A stretch of DNA of 64,000 nt from Antedon mediterranea (lineage: Eukaryota; Animalia; Echinodermata), in the NCBI RefSeq assembly GCF_964355755.1, contig NC_092678.1, positions 7,642,422 through 7,706,421 of the forward strand. Reading direction: 5' to 3'. Of the stretch, positions 61,001 through 64,000 are shown piece after piece. The position numbers and the translations under genes were made by a program. Numbering within the stretch: position 1 is the first letter of the stretch; every line of letters starts with the position of its first letter. The notes under the pieces are model-generated. The model saw nothing but the letters and a program-made list of their open reading frames with translations, had not been told where the DNA came from and did no database searches.

Positions 61001-63529
61001 GACGTAAGAAGTTATTTATTAGTTCTAGTTTATTTACTACGATAGAGCCTACTTTAAATGCTGTTTTAATTTCAGGTAGTCATGTTGTACTTGTGTTGAA
61101 AAGTTGTAATGAATAAAACGGAATAATAACTTGTGGTTACCGTTCATAACCAAACTGTTGTATTTGTGTTTGCTTCAGAAATTATCTTTTAAAATTGCAT
61201 GTTGTAACAAGTCAAAACAAAACCAAAATTAATTCGCCATAAAAGGACATAGGTACAAGTTCGCGGAACTAGTTTGGCAAATGGTAAAGTAGTCAAGGGT
61301 CATCTACCCATAACAAATTACTTATTCGCCGTATGCAAAAACTATTTTGAAAAAATTAAGTTGGTAAAGTGTAAAACGTTCGTAAAAGCTAGTTACTTAT
61401 TCGCCGTAGAGGGCGTAGATGCAAAGAAAATCGCGGAACTGGGGTGACAAATGGTAGTGTAGGTCAAGGGTGATCGATTCATACCAAAATATTTTGGAAA
61501 AATTAAGTAGGTCAAGTGTTATAACGTTCGTAAAAGCCAGTTACTTATTCGCCGTAGAGGGCGTAGACGCAAAAAAGTTCGTGGAACTGGGGTGGCAAAT
61601 GGTAGAGTAGGTCAAGAGTGATCGATTCATACCAAAATATTTTGAAAAAATTAAGTAGATCAAGTGTTATAACGTTCGTAAAGCCAATTACTTATTCGCC
61701 GTAGAGGGCGTAGACGCAAAAAGGTTCGCGGAACTGGGATGGCAAATTGTAAAGTAGGTCAAGGGTGATCGATTCATACCAAAATATTTTGAAAAAATTA
61801 AGTAGGTCAAGTGTTATAACGTTCGAAAAGCCAGTTACTTATTCGCCGTGGAGGGCGTAGATGCAAAAAAGTTCGCGGAACTGGGGTGGCAAATAGTAAA
61901 GTAGGTCAAGGGTGATCGATCCATACCAAAACATTTTGAAAAAATTAAGTAGGTCAAGTGTTATAACGTTCGTAAAAGCCAGTTACTTATTCGCCGTAGA
62001 GGGCGTAGATGCAAAAAAGTTCGCGGAACTGGGGTGGCAAATGATAGAGTAGGTGAAGGGTGATCGATTCATACCAAAATATTTTGAAAAAAATTAAGTA
62101 GGTCAAGTGTTATAACGTTCGTAAAAGCCAGTTACTTATTCGCCGTAGAGGGCGAAGATGCAAAAAAGTTCCCGAAACTGGGGTGGCAAATGGTAAAGTA
62201 GGTCAAGGGTGATCGATCCATACCAAAATATTTTGAAAAAATTAAGTAGGTCAAGTGTTATAACGTTCGTAAAGCCAGTTACTTATTCGCCGTAGAGGGC
62301 GTAGACGCAAAAAAGTTCGCGGAACTGAAGTGGCAAATGGTAGAGTAGGTCAAGGGTGACCGATTCATACCAAAATATTTTGAAAAAATTAAGCAGGTCA
62401 AGTGTTATAACGTTCGTAAAGCCAGTTACTTATTCGCCGTAGAGGGCGTAGATGCAAAAAAGTTTGTGGAACTGGGGTGGAAAATGGTAAAGTAGGTCAA
62501 GGGTGATCGATCCATACCAAAACATTTTGAAACAATTAAGTAGGTCAAGTGTTATAACATTCGTAAAAGCCAGTTACTTATTCGCCGTAGAGGGCGTAGA
62601 TGCAAAAAAGTTCGCGGAACTGGGGTGGCAAATGATAGAGTAGGTCAAGGGTGATCAATCCATACCAAAATATTTTGAAAAAATTAAGTAGGTCAAGTGT
62701 TATAACGTTCGTAAAAGCCAGTTACTTATTCGCCGTAGAGGGCGTAAATGCATAAAATGTTATTAAACTTTGACCGGAAGAAGTAGAGGAGGTCAAGGCT
62801 AACATGTTGGTGCAATAACAACTCAATTAGACAGTTATTACGTATTAAAATCTGTTTTTAAAAAAATATTTGTGACTGTCCCTTTAATTGAATTTGAATA
62901 AGGAACTAGGAACTAGTAACCAACTTCACAGACATGGATATTTTCTGAATTTGTGTTGGGATAGGTTTAGATTAGGTTTCAGGTTTAGTCCAGGAGAGAT
63001 GAGAATGTAACGTATAGAAAATACATAATTTGATTGAAAATTTTCATCTGGTTTGTAGTAATAAGTTATTAGAAATGTTATTTTTTCCAAACCAAAAATT
63101 AGTATATAAACTAACCTTGACAATGTATGACCCTGTCATAATACAGAATTGGCCCTCTAGAGGTCAATCTGTTTAGTGATAGATCGTCATTACTTCTGAA
63201 GAAGCTGTCCGATCAGGACAGCGAAACTGTCAAGGTTAGTTTATATATTTATATACTAATTTTTGGTTTGGAAAAAAAAAATTTCTAATAGAAAATACCT
63301 AGCAATCTAAATCATTCTGCAGCATATAAATATATAGTCTGTCAAAAATGAAGTTATATATTATGGCTTGCATTTCAAACTTTCACTTCAAATTGTTTAG
63401 AAGGTGTGTCCTAGAATTGTGAATAATGTACCATACCTTCGTATCCATATGGTGTATAAACTTGAATATCGCTAATGCTGTACACCATACCTAAGTCAAC
63501 ATACCAGTAAGGGTTCTGGTTTCCTGAAA
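49253..63529 (-). CDS. Gene C (5' part outside window): F-type lectin-8xHYR-TM-Tyr tail, paralogue of gene B
   Basis: Exons 63437-63529, 58445-58642, 57712-57948, 56258-56491, 55631-55867, 54902-55138, 54129-54368, 53678-53917, 52561-52794, 52124-52363, 51684-51768, 50764-50939, 49253-49305 (ends TIYEVIQ-TAG). All are GT-AG, with the same phases and near-identical lengths as gene B. Confidence 0.85.
49510..50326 (-). mobile_element. DINE-1/HINE-like element with (GTCT/GTCG)n microsatellite
   Basis: TTTTAGTCGC-GTGGAA-GCGACTAAAA hairpin, tetranucleotide tract 49549-49625 duplicated at 50213-50290, terminal CTTGTT. Confidence 0.7.
52022..52074. repeat. (TTA)n microsatellite
   Basis: TTA run at about 52043-52074. 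Confidence 0.85.
52124..57948 (-). CDS. Gene C HYR stalk, eight single-exon HYR domains
   Basis: Eight phase 1-1 exons of 234-240 nt with the HYR consensus; the first four are positional homologues of gene B HYR1-4. Confidence 0.9.
56108..56172 (+). mobile_element. tRNA-derived SINE head
   Basis: TAGCTTGGTGATTAGCG...GGGTTCAATCCT, A/B box-like and degenerate. Confidence 0.5.
56508..57209 (+). mobile_element. Solo LTR with internal 27-30-bp minisatellite
   Basis: TGTCA...TGACA termini, TATAT on both flanks, tandem GGTAAACGGCAAAGAACTCATTGTAATTGT units at 56747-56977. Confidence 0.65.
58445..63529 (-). CDS. Gene C F-type lectin exons 2 and 3 (63437-63529, 58445-58642)
   Basis: VSGNQNPYWYVDLGMVYSISDIQVYTPYGYE / VRNYGIEVYV..NRCG..NGRFIF..ITVCYVNVNG. 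Confidence 0.8.
58792..62935. mobile_element. Foldback (MULE/FB-type) element, 4.1 kb, with satellite-bearing inverted arms
   Basis: About 190-bp outer TIR starting ATGTCTGTGAAGTTGGTTACTAG; 9-bp TSD GGATATTTT (58783-58791 and 62936-62944); about 147-bp unit x7 on the left (58985-59980) and x10 inverted on the right (61380-62745). Confidence 0.9.
60685..60772 (-). mobile_element. tRNA-derived SINE head with head-to-head partial duplication
   Basis: Minus strand reads GCTCGGTGGTCTAG..GGTTCGAGTCCCACCCGAG; perfect 28-bp palindrome at 60732-60759. Confidence 0.55.
63068..63290 (+). mobile_element. Penelope-like element terminus with inverted partial copy
   Basis: 63068-63122 is the reverse complement of 63229-63290 and flanks a hammerhead-like motif. 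Confidence 0.55.
63192..63236 (+). ncRNA. Minimal type I hammerhead ribozyme-like motif
   Basis: CTT-CTGAAGA-A-GCTGTCC-GATCA-GGACAGC-GAAA-CT-GTC-AAG: core boxes, perfect 7-bp helix II, GUC triplet; helices I and III are very short. Confidence 0.55.
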
Positions 63530-64000
63530 CTTAAGAATATTAAAGATGTATTGTCCTCCAAAAGCAGGAAAAATTATGATTAAAATCAGACTTAAGCGAT
63601 TTTGCAGTTTTAATAAAGTTAATCACTTCCCTAGAAAAAAAGTTTCACTTATAAAAGACTTTTTTTTTTCAATTCAACCAAAAACCCATCAGGCTGGCAG
63701 TCAATCTATCTATCTAAGTTTTTTTCAGGTAAATAACTTTTGTTTTATCCAAATTTTTGTCAAAGTGAATAACTATAATGTGACTTTAAAATGGCAAACC
63801 AAGGGACAATATATCTTAAAAGTATTACATTTTTTTTCAATTCCAGTTTTTGGAAGAAAAAAAACACCCATATTTCTGCCTATTTCCTTTAATATCAATA
63901 GGTAAAAAAATAATCTTATGTTAAACTTTAAAGTTGAAGCTTCATAGATTTAGTAAAACAATATTTGATTTGATTTATTCAACTTTTGCACAACAAAAAT

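Overview
AT-rich eukaryotic DNA with spliceosomal GT-AG introns and many transposons. The HYR/CUB/F-type-lectin content suggests a marine invertebrate deuterostome, probably an echinoderm (inference only). The window holds three tandem minus-strand paralogues (A, B, C) of a type I membrane protein. Architecture: signal peptide, [CUB], EGF, atypical F-type lectin (fucolectin/FTP) domain, a stalk of single-exon HYR domains, TM helix, and a short Tyr-bearing tail ending in an ITSM-consensus motif (TVYEVI in B, TIYEVI in C). Gene B is complete (16 exons, 47891-37400, about 905 aa, 6 HYR). Gene C (8 HYR) lacks its 5' end and gene A lacks its 3' end within the window. The lectin domains have lost the canonical fucose-binding residues and vary strongly in one loop. 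The paralogues also show stalk-length variation, mosaic ancestry and an apparent gene-conversion tract. Together these suggest a diversifying recognition or immune-type receptor cluster. Introns and spacers contain nested LINEs, MULE/foldback elements, a Kolobok-type MITE, Helentron-type non-autonomous elements, two solo LTRs, tRNA- and 5S-derived SINE heads, a Penelope-type minimal hammerhead motif and a 3.2-kb satellite. All exon boundaries and translations were read by hand and no database search was run.
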